This document shows, one piece after another, positions 1 through 8,310 of a stretch of 11,076 nt of DNA; the first letter of the stretch is position 1, and each line of letters opens with the position of its first letter. The position numbers and the translations under genes were made by a program. Below the pieces are notes generated by a model that made no database searches, had not been told where the DNA came from, and worked only from the letters and a program-made list of their open reading frames with translations. Origin of the DNA: Candidatus Poribacteria bacterium (GTDB taxonomy: Bacteria > Poribacteria > WGA-4E > UBA9662); contig JAYZAL010000017.1 of NCBI GenBank assembly GCA_036339735.1, positions 1-11,076 of the forward strand, in the 5' to 3' direction.

Positions 1-1028
1 ACTCTTATGTCGGGATCTTGGTCCTTCAAGTCGGCTTGGCTTTTCAAAATTTGGTAATTTGAACTCTGATCAGGTTGAATTATTTCCAATACTTGAAGCG
101 CTACATTTCTCAGCTTTTCATCATCTGCATCCAATTTGCCCATTAGTATTTCGATAACGGGTACTCCCATTTGTACTAACACACCGACGGCAACTGGGTT
201 AACTTGTCTGTCATCAGTCATCACTGAAGACTCTAATACTCGACTAGCTGCGGGCAAACCGATGGAGACAAACACCTTACCTGCTTGCTGCTGAACCATT
301 AAATCAGGGTCGGATAGCGTTGAGAGTAAGACCGACATCACTGAGTCCATTGTTTGTTCATCTGACTGCTGCACTAGTGAACCGATAGCTTCTAGGCTAG
401 CGACTCGAACTGTTGGGATTGGATCTGACAAAAGCTGGCTCAAAGCTGAAACCGACTTTTGGTCACCAATTTTACCTAGAGATTGGCAACCAACCACCCG
501 TACAGAAACAGCTGAATCCTCCAGATCAGATAAGGCTTTGATCCTTTGGTAGCGAACATCATTCACGCGATCAAGTTGTAAAAGCTCCTCAACCGCCTTC
601 TTCCTTACTGAGTGCGATTTGTCGTTTAAGTCAGTTTGGTAACGGATGATTTGATATTGATCAGCCTCTTGTGGTGAAACGATTTTCATCACAGCGTTGG
701 CAGCATGTGCTCGAGTTGATGATTCTGAGTTAGATAATAGTAACTTCAGTTGGTCCAAAGCTTTTTCGGAACCAATTTCTCCTAGAGCATCAATGGTAGC
801 CAAACGAACATTTGCATCATTGTCTTTCAAGAGTTGGATCAGAGGTTGAACTGCCGAATCGTTTCCAATTAAACCTAGGACATAGGCTCCATATAGGCGG
901 TTAGCAGCCTCTTTGTGATTTAGCTGTGTAATATATTGCTTGGTTTGGCTTCGAACTGGGGCCGGAATGAACTGGCATAAAACTCCTAAAACTATCAGAC
1001 TGCTATACAAATATGTTTTTCGTTTCAT
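1..1028 (-). CDS. HEAT/PBS-lyase repeat protein with N-terminal signal peptide (3' end beyond left edge, at least 342 aa)
   Basis: Manual translation from ATG at 1028 stays open to the edge: MKRKTYLYSSLIVLGVLCQFIPAPVRSQ... (basic n-region, hydrophobic h-region). It continues with repeated HEAT units, e.g. LGLIGNDSAVQPLIQLLKDNDANVRLATIDALGEIG and LGKIGDQKSVSALSQLLSDPIPTVRVASLEAIG. It starts 19 nt after the stop of the isomerase gene. Confidence 0.9.
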   Translation of the reverse strand, partial: MKRKTYLYSSLIVLGVLCQFIPAPVRSQTKQYITQLNHKEAANRLYGAYVLGLIGNDSAVQPLIQLLKDNDANVRLATIDALGEIGSEKALDQLKLLLSNSESSTRAHAANAVMKIVSPQEADQYQIIRYQTDLNDKSHSVRKKAVEELLQLDRVNDVRYQRIKALSDLEDSAVSVRVVGCQSLGKIGDQKSVSALSQLLSDPIPTVRVASLEAIGSLVQQSDEQTMDSVMSVLLSTLSDPDLMVQQQAGKVFVSIGLPAASRVLESSVMTDDRQVNPVAVGVLVQMGVPVIEILMGKLDADDEKLRNVALQVLEIIQPDQSSNYQILKSQADLKDQDPDIR

Positions 1029-1047
1029 TGGCGATACACTTATAGTT

Positions 1048-1842
1048 CTACAGATGATTAATCATCCAATTATAGGATTTTGTTTGGCCAGTACCATCAT
1101 TTTCTCGCCCCTCGTATTCACACGTCCAAACCCCATCATATTCAGCTTTCTTCAAGCACTCAACGGCTTTTATCAAATCAATTTCACCCTCACCCAGAGC
1201 TTCACCTTGATAGTTCCCACGGCTACCCCTTCCATCCTTTAAGTGTAGGTGTAACACATGAGGGGCCAAGATTTCATAATATCGGCCCACAGTCTCTAAC
1301 TCATGACCGAACCAACGGTAGTTCATCGTATCTAGGCAAGTACCAACCCAAGGTGAATTGACCCGTTGAATAAGTTCTAGCATCAGGTCTCCATCATTAG
1401 TGACCACACCATGATTGTCAACTGCTAGCTTAACTTGGTCGCGCGCAGCAAATTGTTCAACACATAACTCAAGACAATTTGCCATCGCTTCCACCCACTG
1501 CGTTTCTGGCACACTATCCTTGGGTGAGCCACCTTCCATTCTCAGTGTTTTTGCCCCTAAAATATTGGCTAAGTTCGCCATTCTTTCCGTTCGATCGACT
1601 TGGTTTTTGACTTCTTCAGGGTCTAGGACTACAAAATCATTACCTACCGCAAACGCCGTAACTTTCAGGTTATGGTTATCAACTTTTCTTCTTAGTTCTT
1701 CTGCGGCCTTTTCTAGATTATCACCAGCTATAGAGCCAGCTTGTAGCTCAAGATATTCAAATCCGGTCTTGCTACAATATGCCAAGAAATCGTCGATTGT
1801 ACCGGCAAAATTATAGTGAATCATTCCAATTTTTATTGACAT
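1048..1842 (-). CDS. Sugar phosphate isomerase/epimerase, xylose isomerase-like TIM barrel (AP_endonuc_2 family)
   Basis: 264 aa with family motifs GFEYLEL, A..LGAKTLR, AVDNHG, CLDTMN, HLHLKD, LGEGEID, YDGVWTCEYEG. RBS GAGGA lies at 1850-1854. Confidence 0.88.
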   Translation of the reverse strand: MSIKIGMIHYNFAGTIDDFLAYCSKTGFEYLELQAGSIAGDNLEKAAEELRRKVDNHNLKVTAFAVGNDFVVLDPEEVKNQVDRTERMANLANILGAKTLRMEGGSPKDSVPETQWVEAMANCLELCVEQFAARDQVKLAVDNHGVVTNDGDLMLELIQRVNSPWVGTCLDTMNYRWFGHELETVGRYYEILAPHVLHLHLKDGRGSRGNYQGEALGEGEIDLIKAVECLKKAEYDGVWTCEYEGRENDGTGQTKSYNWMINHL

Positions 1843-1903
1843 AGTGTGTTCCTCATTTAACGATAGATGGATATTAATTTAGAGATAAATTATTGACGAT
1901 TCT

Positions 1904-1930
1904 AATTAACATAATACGATTAAGTTAATT
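1904..1930. promoter_or_regulatory. AT-rich inverted repeat, candidate operator upstream of the isomerase/HEAT genes
   Basis: AATTAACATAAT-acg-ATTAAGTTAATT has 11/12 arm symmetry. It overlaps a weak minus-strand sigma70-like pair, TTAACT (1928-1923) N18 TAGAAT (1904-1899). Confidence 0.35.
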
Positions 1931-1936
1931 GATCAT

Positions 1937-1982
1937 AGAAAAAGGCGCCTGAAATCGTAATTGATTCCAAACGCCTTTTTCT
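1937..1982 (-). terminator. Intrinsic terminator after the giant TPR gene
   Basis: Minus strand reads AGAAAAAGGCGTTTGGAATC-aattac-GATTTCAGGCGCCTTTTTCT, a 20-bp stem whose three non-Watson-Crick positions are G-U only on the minus strand, ending in a U tract. It lies 42 nt after the stop at 2025. Confidence 0.85.
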
Positions 1983-2024
1983 GATTGTGTTTTCGATAAG
2001 TAGTCGAAAACGTTGAGATACTGC

Positions 2025-5000
2025 CTATTGACCTCTCTTCTTCTGATCGGTCAAATAGTTGCTGATAACACCAATTTGTTGCTGGGCTCGTTTAACTGCT
2101 TGCGAAACTTGCGCATCGCTGGGTGGAGCAGTTTGATACTTGGTCCATAACTCGTCATAAGCTGTAATTGCTTGTTGGTACTTTTCTTGTGCTTCTGCAC
2201 CTTTGCTGCTATCCGCAATCAGTAGATAGGAATCAGCAATCTGCAGGAATGACAAGTCAGCATACTTGGTTTTCGGATATTTATCGATAATCGCCTGATA
2301 AGCCATGATTGCTTCGTTGGTCTTATCAGCAATTTCGTCTGTTAGCGCCGTTCTCGCTCGGTTCAACACCGTTTCAGCATTTTTGTACTCATAATAAGCC
2401 AAAGCTGTTTGAGTCTCACGCAAATACATGTCTGCATCTGTCTTGGTTTCCTGGCTGATGCCAGGCACCTTCAACGCTTGAGCATATCTCTCTATTGCTT
2501 GAGAATAAAGACTAATACGTTCTGAGGCTTCAATATCTGGTGCTGACCCCTGGTTGTAGAATTTATTACCTAAATTCACAAACGCATTGGCTGCGTAGGG
2601 AGTTGTTGGGTAACTATCAGCCAAAATCTGGTTGGTATCAAATAATTTACCCAGCCATTTTTCGCTTTCAGCCTCATTCTCATCATTTTTGGCAACTTCA
2701 GCCAAATACGAGTAGCAGGTCGAAATGGCATAGACGGCTTCCGGTGCTGTGTCTGATTTAGGGAAGTTTTTATATACTTTCTCATATTCACTAACAGCCA
2801 TCTCATACTGATTAGAAGCATAATATGCATCACCGGCTTGGAACTGCCAGGTAGGAGCATCTTTAGCTGACGGGAATCGTTTAGCTAAAGACTGGAAAGT
2901 AACTGCCGAGTCAGCAAAGTAACCTTGGACTGCATCAGAAATACCCTCGTCTTCACCTAATTGGACACGTCCTAACTCAAATTGAGCTGTGCTAACATAA
3001 ACCAAAGAGGTTTGAACAGCATTGTTCAATTCTGCCGAAGCTGGGAATACCCCCTTGTCTGCGTAAGACACAAACTTCTGTAGAGGAACAATAGCGTTTG
3101 TTAGGTCTTCCTTATTTTTAGAAGCCGATCCCAACGAATAGTAAATCTGGCCTGATTGGAATAAGGCATTCTGAGCGTAAGGTACCAGACTTTTATCCAA
3201 CTTAGAGAGGTCACCAGCCACGGTTTCTACTTCAGAGAAAGCTGCACCTGAATCTCTCATCGCCTGAATATAAGGAGCCAGATCAGTTCCCGGAACATCA
3301 GAGAATAGGGTCCTGGCTTTATCGAAGTAGAGACCACCGATGTTATACTGTGCCGATACCTTTTGGGTCATCGGTGTTGAAGGGTTACTTTCGGCTACGC
3401 GTAATGACTCTACCGCTTCAGCAATAGCATCGTCCAAACGACCTAATTGTTTGAGCAGATCGGACTTTCGAAGTTGGGCGTCAGCTACCATTGACTGGAT
3501 ATTCTGGTCGCTTTCTTTCCCATAGTCATTGATTAGCGTATTGTAAGCAGTCAAACCATTCTCGCCATCATTCATTCGGTCTTCATAAATCAAACCGATT
3601 CGATAATAAGCTTGTGCTTGCAGAACGCGATTGTCAGTAGTCTCGACCGCATTTTGATAGGCTAAAAGAGCATCGTCGTACTGTTTTAACTTTTCATCCA
3701 ACGCGTATCCCATTGCAAAATAGGAACTACCCTTCAAGTTAGTGTCTTCAGTGTTATCTATGATGTACTGATACTCACTAACTGCCTGTGCGTCTTTACC
3801 TGTATTGCTATACAGTTCGGCTAATCGCGAATGGGATTGGAAGATTAGGTCTATGCGACCAGCATCATCGGTCTGCCCTTCAAAAGAGGTCGCGATATTA
3901 TAAGCAGAAATAGCTCCATTACTATCACCAAGCGCCTCTTTAGCCAATCCAACAGTGTACGCAGCACTTATGTTATTTTCAGGACTAACATCTTGATCTA
4001 ACACTTTTTGTGCTGTTGAGGACGCATTTTGGAAGGCTAGCTGTTTGGCTTGCGGGTCAGTTTCATTATTCCCACGTTGGTAATAGCACACACCAAGTTG
4101 ATACAGTCCATTAATCAAGACGTCGGTATCAGCCGTGGGGTAGTTCTGCTGCAATTTCTGGTATTCGACGATCGCGGTATCATAATCGTTCACACCATAG
4201 GCTAGATGCCCAATCTTCAGTTGTGCCCGTGATCTAGAATCGACAGGAGCGCCTTCATTATCCGCAATCCTTTTCAGGCTGGCCATCAATTCTGATCGTT
4301 GCTCTTCAGATTCGATACCTTGTTTTTCGATTGCACTAGCTTTAACTAAGTCGATATGACTCAGCGCTTTCAGAATCTTTTCTTCATCAGAATCACTGAA
4401 TTTTTGATAAGCTTCATCTGCAAAAGCTGTAACATTCGCCCACTGAGTATCGTCTCCAGCTTGAGCTTTATCTCGATAAGCCAAAACCAGTCCGTAATAA
4501 GCTTCGACCAAATTCGGGCTATCGCCATAATTAGCCAACATATCGTTGAAAGCACTAATAGACTGATCAAGAACGGCTACATCGCCACCAGCAGCTTGAT
4601 AGTAACAGAGGCCCACCAGATATTGAGCGTCATCAGCCCATTCGCCTGTTGGGTTGCCCTCGACAACCTTAGTGTACTGAACGGCAGCTTTCTGGTACTG
4701 TTCATCAGCTCTCAGCAAATCAGCCAGTTTAATCGCAGCCAGCGATTGATTATCAGCATCCAAACTAGGCATAATTTTGTCGTAGTGGGCGATAGCTGAT
4801 TGCGAATCACCTTCGTTAATGTAACTTTGAGCGACTAACAACTGTGCACGCTGGTAATTATCACTATCCTCGCGAATTGCCATATAGAGCTCACGAGCTT
4901 CAGCCCATTGCTCTAATTTTTCGTGTGCTAAGGCTTGATTGAGTTGACAACCTTCTACTTGACCAATTCTTTCAGGAAAATCATCATATCGACCTTCCTC

Positions 5001-6698
5001 AATACCACCTAGAAAAGCATCATCTTTAAACTTCTCAACGGCGGCATTATAGGCCACTACGGATTTCTCCAATAATTCTTGGTCGTATCCACCGTCAGTA
5101 TCATCTTCAGCAGGCTTTGATGCTTCGTAGTAAGCTCGACCTTCCTGAAATTTTCCAACTAGTTTGATCAAATGAAATTTGGGGAGATCCATAAATGTCC
5201 ACAAATTGGCATATTCTGCTGCAGCTTTCAGATATTGCTTAAAATCGTTGAATTGCATGTCAGCAAACTTAAGCTGAACCTCTGCTGCTAGGATATCTAG
5301 TTCCGGATCTTCCTTGTTTTTGTCGATGAACTCACGAGCAACTTTTTCTAATTCCTCTGTTCGTCCTAAATCATTTAGCGTCCAAATGGCACCATACAAA
5401 GCATGAGGAGCAACTGGATCCGACGGGAATTCGTCGACCGCTTTTTGATACCAACTTAATGCTGTTTCCAAGTTTTGGACGGCCTGATCCTCTTCACCAG
5501 TGTTTCTTTGCTTGGTGGCGAGTTTATAATAGGTTTCACCTAACTGGTATGTGACATACGGTGTTAACTCTGATTCGTCTGCATGCTCATCTAAGATTCG
5601 TTGATAAGCAGTTGAGGCATCAGTCCAACTTTCCAGTCGAAAATGACTGTCAGCAATACCTAGCTTTGCTTCAGAGATGAAAACACTTTCAGGATACTCA
5701 TCCAATAACACTTGATATGAATCAATAGCGTTACTATAGTCTCCCTCATCAAAATAAGTACGACCTATAGCAGTCTGAATTTCAGACTGAACATTTTTGT
5801 CGTCTGTATTCTGAATCGCCAACTCATAATTGACCCGTGCGTTATCATAATCTTTCTGTCGAGCGTATATCGCTCCAGAATCAAAATACGCTGCCGTAAC
5901 ATACTTACTGTTGGGGAACTTGGTGATGAAGTTAGTATAACGGCCAATAGCATCTTCAAATCGGTTAAGTTGGCTGGTACAGTAAGATGCTTTATACATT
6001 GCTTCTGCCTGAAGATCAGGGTAGTTCTTGAATTCTTCTGTAGCCAATTTATCAAATTCTTGATAGGCTTGCTCATAGTTCTCCTCATCCAAAAACGATT
6101 GAGCAATCAGGTGTTGTGAATCATCTTTGAACTCAGAGTTTGGAAAACCATCCAAGACTTCCTTGAAAGCCTGACGTGTGGCGTCAAATCTTTGTAATTT
6201 GTAGTTCAGTTGGCCAATAGCATACCAAGCATTTTCTACAAACTGGCTATTGGGAAAGTTCTCGATTAGCTCCATGAATTTTGGTTCGGCCAATTCGTAT
6301 TGTTCTTGTTTGTACAAAACATTGGCCCAAAGGTAGGTCAACCCTTCCATATGTCGAGGCACGACGGCATTGGGAAAAATTTCCTCGATAATACGCGTGG
6401 CCTCCTCGTAGTGATTTAGATCACCTGTATCTTCGGCCATCTTCGACCAGCAGACGGCAATCTTAAATTGGGCCAGAGTATAAAAATCCTTATCAATGAC
6501 CTCAGTTTTGACCATTGGCTTATTAGATTCTTCTAGCGCCTCTTTATACTTTTCAATTGCACCTTCGTAGTCTTTTTTGGCATATAGTGCCTCGCCTTCT
6601 TTGTAGAGGCTTTCAACCTTCTTGGAGCTACCAGAAGGCCAAAACAGCACCACGCCCAAGGCCAAAACAGCCAACGCGGTTAACACCCTATTGTTCAT
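2025..6698 (-). CDS. Giant exported or membrane-anchored tetratricopeptide repeat protein (BamD/CpoB-like TPR units), 1557 aa
   Basis: N-terminal hydrophobic segment MNNRVLTALAVLALGVVLFWP, then TPRs along the whole length. About 11 linkers of the [FY]P.S....A.Y..G type occur, e.g. FPNSQFVENAWYAIG, YPESVFISEAKLGIA, YPKTKYADLSFLQIA. Strong RBS AAGGAG lies at 6705-6710. Confidence 0.9.
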   Translation of the reverse strand: MNNRVLTALAVLALGVVLFWPSGSSKKVESLYKEGEALYAKKDYEGAIEKYKEALEESNKPMVKTEVIDKDFYTLAQFKIAVCWSKMAEDTGDLNHYEEATRIIEEIFPNAVVPRHMEGLTYLWANVLYKQEQYELAEPKFMELIENFPNSQFVENAWYAIGQLNYKLQRFDATRQAFKEVLDGFPNSEFKDDSQHLIAQSFLDEENYEQAYQEFDKLATEEFKNYPDLQAEAMYKASYCTSQLNRFEDAIGRYTNFITKFPNSKYVTAAYFDSGAIYARQKDYDNARVNYELAIQNTDDKNVQSEIQTAIGRTYFDEGDYSNAIDSYQVLLDEYPESVFISEAKLGIADSHFRLESWTDASTAYQRILDEHADESELTPYVTYQLGETYYKLATKQRNTGEEDQAVQNLETALSWYQKAVDEFPSDPVAPHALYGAIWTLNDLGRTEELEKVAREFIDKNKEDPELDILAAEVQLKFADMQFNDFKQYLKAAAEYANLWTFMDLPKFHLIKLVGKFQEGRAYYEASKPAEDDTDGGYDQELLEKSVVAYNAAVEKFKDDAFLGGIEEGRYDDFPERIGQVEGCQLNQALAHEKLEQWAEARELYMAIREDSDNYQRAQLLVAQSYINEGDSQSAIAHYDKIMPSLDADNQSLAAIKLADLLRADEQYQKAAVQYTKVVEGNPTGEWADDAQYLVGLCYYQAAGGDVAVLDQSISAFNDMLANYGDSPNLVEAYYGLVLAYRDKAQAGDDTQWANVTAFADEAYQKFSDSDEEKILKALSHIDLVKASAIEKQGIESEEQRSELMASLKRIADNEGAPVDSRSRAQLKIGHLAYGVNDYDTAIVEYQKLQQNYPTADTDVLINGLYQLGVCYYQRGNNETDPQAKQLAFQNASSTAQKVLDQDVSPENNISAAYTVGLAKEALGDSNGAISAYNIATSFEGQTDDAGRIDLIFQSHSRLAELYSNTGKDAQAVSEYQYIIDNTEDTNLKGSSYFAMGYALDEKLKQYDDALLAYQNAVETTDNRVLQAQAYYRIGLIYEDRMNDGENGLTAYNTLINDYGKESDQNIQSMVADAQLRKSDLLKQLGRLDDAIAEAVESLRVAESNPSTPMTQKVSAQYNIGGLYFDKARTLFSDVPGTDLAPYIQAMRDSGAAFSEVETVAGDLSKLDKSLVPYAQNALFQSGQIYYSLGSASKNKEDLTNAIVPLQKFVSYADKGVFPASAELNNAVQTSLVYVSTAQFELGRVQLGEDEGISDAVQGYFADSAVTFQSLAKRFPSAKDAPTWQFQAGDAYYASNQYEMAVSEYEKVYKNFPKSDTAPEAVYAISTCYSYLAEVAKNDENEAESEKWLGKLFDTNQILADSYPTTPYAANAFVNLGNKFYNQGSAPDIEASERISLYSQAIERYAQALKVPGISQETKTDADMYLRETQTALAYYEYKNAETVLNRARTALTDEIADKTNEAIMAYQAIIDKYPKTKYADLSFLQIADSYLLIADSSKGAEAQEKYQQAITAYDELWTKYQTAPPSDAQVSQAVKRAQQQIGVISNYLTDQKKRGQ

Positions 6699-6737
6699 CT
6701 TATTCTCCTTGTTGAGGAACTAACTTTTAAGTACGCT

Positions 6738-7619
6738 CTAAAGCCCACTTAAACTTAAATTGATATCACGAATGAGGTCTTGTTTTAACGGCACCGCCAT
6801 ATCACGAACAACCTCAGGTAAGCGATTGATACGAGTCATTCGACCCCGTGGCGGTGTACTATAAGAAAACGTAAAAAGGGCCGATGCGTCAGCGCCGACC
6901 TGTTCAGAATTAAGTGTCAAATCAGTCTGTAGAACAGTCAGAGGTTGCCGCCCGTCAATGGTGAAATCTCGACTGTTCAAACCGACGATGTTGGATTTTT
7001 TAAGAAAAAGGTCAAACTGATCAAATGGTAACAGCAAACGATCTCGATTCCGTCTAATAATTGTCAAGCCCCACATTTTCTGTTTAGCTGAGTGAGAGGT
7101 TTTAGACATCAAGCGTTCAAAACGCCGGTTTTCTGCTGAATAATCGGCTTTAGTAAACAGCAAGCGGCCACTGTTTGGTTGAGAAAAAGGAACGGTATCG
7201 GACGACACCTCGTCCAGATCAAAGTTAGCAACCGTCAAGTCCGTTGGCAGCCCCATTATTAAACCTCTTAAAAAGAGCAAAACCGAAAGTAAAACAATCA
7301 GCATACCAGTATAACGTAATACTACGATTGGTATCCTTCGACACCCAGCATTTAGCCCTAATACCTGTTGCCAAGCAGGACCGGCGTCCCTTTTTTCTAT
7401 CCGACTTTTTAAATCAACCATTACTCGGTCTGGGTCTGGCAACGCTGGGGTAACGTAATACTGGAGTAACTTCTGCGTTTCGGTTAAAGATTCTAACGCA
7501 TGTTGGCAAAAATTGCAACCCCCCAAATGTTGGTCGACAGCCAGCTTTCGCCGCAATGTCAGTTGTTGGTCAATATAGTATGATAGTTGTCTTTGAACCT
7601 GCCTACAATTCAAAGACAT
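6738..7619 (-). CDS. Zinc-finger (zf-HC2/ZAS) transmembrane anti-sigma factor
   Basis: N-terminus LNCRQVQRQLSYYIDQQL...HLGGCNFC (Cys plus HxxxCxxC), one TM helix (GMLIVLLSVLLFL) and a C-terminal extracytoplasmic region. ATG at 7619 overlaps the sigma gene end by 10 nt; an alternative TTG is at 7631. Confidence 0.85.
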   Translation of the reverse strand: MSLNCRQVQRQLSYYIDQQLTLRRKLAVDQHLGGCNFCQHALESLTETQKLLQYYVTPALPDPDRVMVDLKSRIEKRDAGPAWQQVLGLNAGCRRIPIVVLRYTGMLIVLLSVLLFLRGLIMGLPTDLTVANFDLDEVSSDTVPFSQPNSGRLLFTKADYSAENRRFERLMSKTSHSAKQKMWGLTIIRRNRDRLLLPFDQFDLFLKKSNIVGLNSRDFTIDGRQPLTVLQTDLTLNSEQVGADASALFTFSYSTPPRGRMTRINRLPEVVRDMAVPLKQDLIRDINLSLSGL

Positions 7620-8239
7620 AACTGACCACAAATTTGTTTAATTTTGCTCGGTTTGAAATTCTTTGCCTGTTTACCTTTGACGTCAATATATGGTGCTAAC
7701 AAAACTCGTAGCCTCTTCCTAGCATAGTGCAAGCGAGAACGAACAGTTCCTTCCGAACAGTCCAAAATTTCGGCAATCTGTGGATGACTCAGCCCTTCTA
7801 ATTCGTGTAATATCACAACGGATCGGTGTTTAATTGACAAGCTGTTAACAGCTTGTGTCACCCATTCCTGTAGTTCATTTCTTTCTGCCTGTCGAGTTGG
7901 ATCTTGCTGGGCATCTCGACTTTGATGAACATCAGAAACTCCGGATAACGAAGCCATTGATTCTTGTTGACGCTTCCGCTTCTTGACTGCATCAATCGAT
8001 AGATTGACCACAATCCTATAGAGCCAAGTTTCGAATGCAGATTCCTGCCGAAAAGCATTAATTGAGTTATAAACCTTTAGAAAAGCGTCCTGTAGAACAT
8101 CACTAGCATCATCAGCGTTTTTGGTGATTTGCATTGCCACTCGATATACCAAGTCCTTATGTCGATTGACTAAAATGGCTAGGGCCGTCATATCTCCATC
8201 ACAAAGATCAGCGACCAAAATGGATTCTGTTCGTTCCAA
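7610..8239 (-). CDS. ECF (sigma-70 group 4) RNA polymerase sigma factor
   Basis: Region 2 (DASDVLQDAFLKVY, FETWLYRIVVNLSID) and region 4 (LSIKHRSVVILHELEGLSHPQIAEILDCSEGTVRSRLHYARKRL) are both present. The TTG start is the most upstream possible because an in-frame TGA lies two codons before it; a purine-rich GAGAGAG precedes it. Confidence 0.95.
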   Translation of the reverse strand: MERTESILVADLCDGDMTALAILVNRHKDLVYRVAMQITKNADDASDVLQDAFLKVYNSINAFRQESAFETWLYRIVVNLSIDAVKKRKRQQESMASLSGVSDVHQSRDAQQDPTRQAERNELQEWVTQAVNSLSIKHRSVVILHELEGLSHPQIAEILDCSEGTVRSRLHYARKRLRVLLAPYIDVKGKQAKNFKPSKIKQICGQLCL

Positions 8240-8255
8240 GTTTCACTCTCTCGGC

Positions 8256-8310
8256 TAGACGTACCAGGACCAGACTCAGTTTTAGACTGCCAAATACCTT
8301 CAGCCGTTCA
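8256..8310 (-). promoter_or_regulatory. Two tandem ECF-type promoter motifs (AAC-N18-GTCTA), putative autoregulatory promoters
   Basis: TGAAC (8310-8306) N18 GTCTA (8287-8283), and AAAAC (AAC at 8281-8279) N17 CGTCTA (8261-8256). They have identical spacing, a 27-bp period, and sit directly upstream of the ECF gene. Confidence 0.6.

Noticed and set aside
940..1816. Plus-strand ORFs 940-1242, 1080-1361 and 1415-1816
   Set aside because: Antisense shadows of the isomerase and HEAT genes with no recognisable motifs.
1893..1915. Plus-strand TTGACG...CATAAT as a promoter
   Set aside because: The spacer is only 11 bp and there is no plus-strand gene downstream.
2540..6106. Short ORFs inside the giant TPR gene (2540-2761, 2576-2860, 3340-3525, 4356-4799, 4370-4570, 5765-6106)
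   Set aside because: Fully nested in a well-supported CDS, in alternative frames or antisense, with no protein-like features.
2025..6698. Naming the giant TPR protein bamD or cpoB
   Set aside because: It has only repeat-level resemblance. It is far too long and lacks the BamD lipobox and the tol-pal or bam gene context.
7610..8239. Naming the sigma factor rpoE or sigW
   Set aside because: The ECF group cannot be assigned by eye and needs group-specific HMMs.
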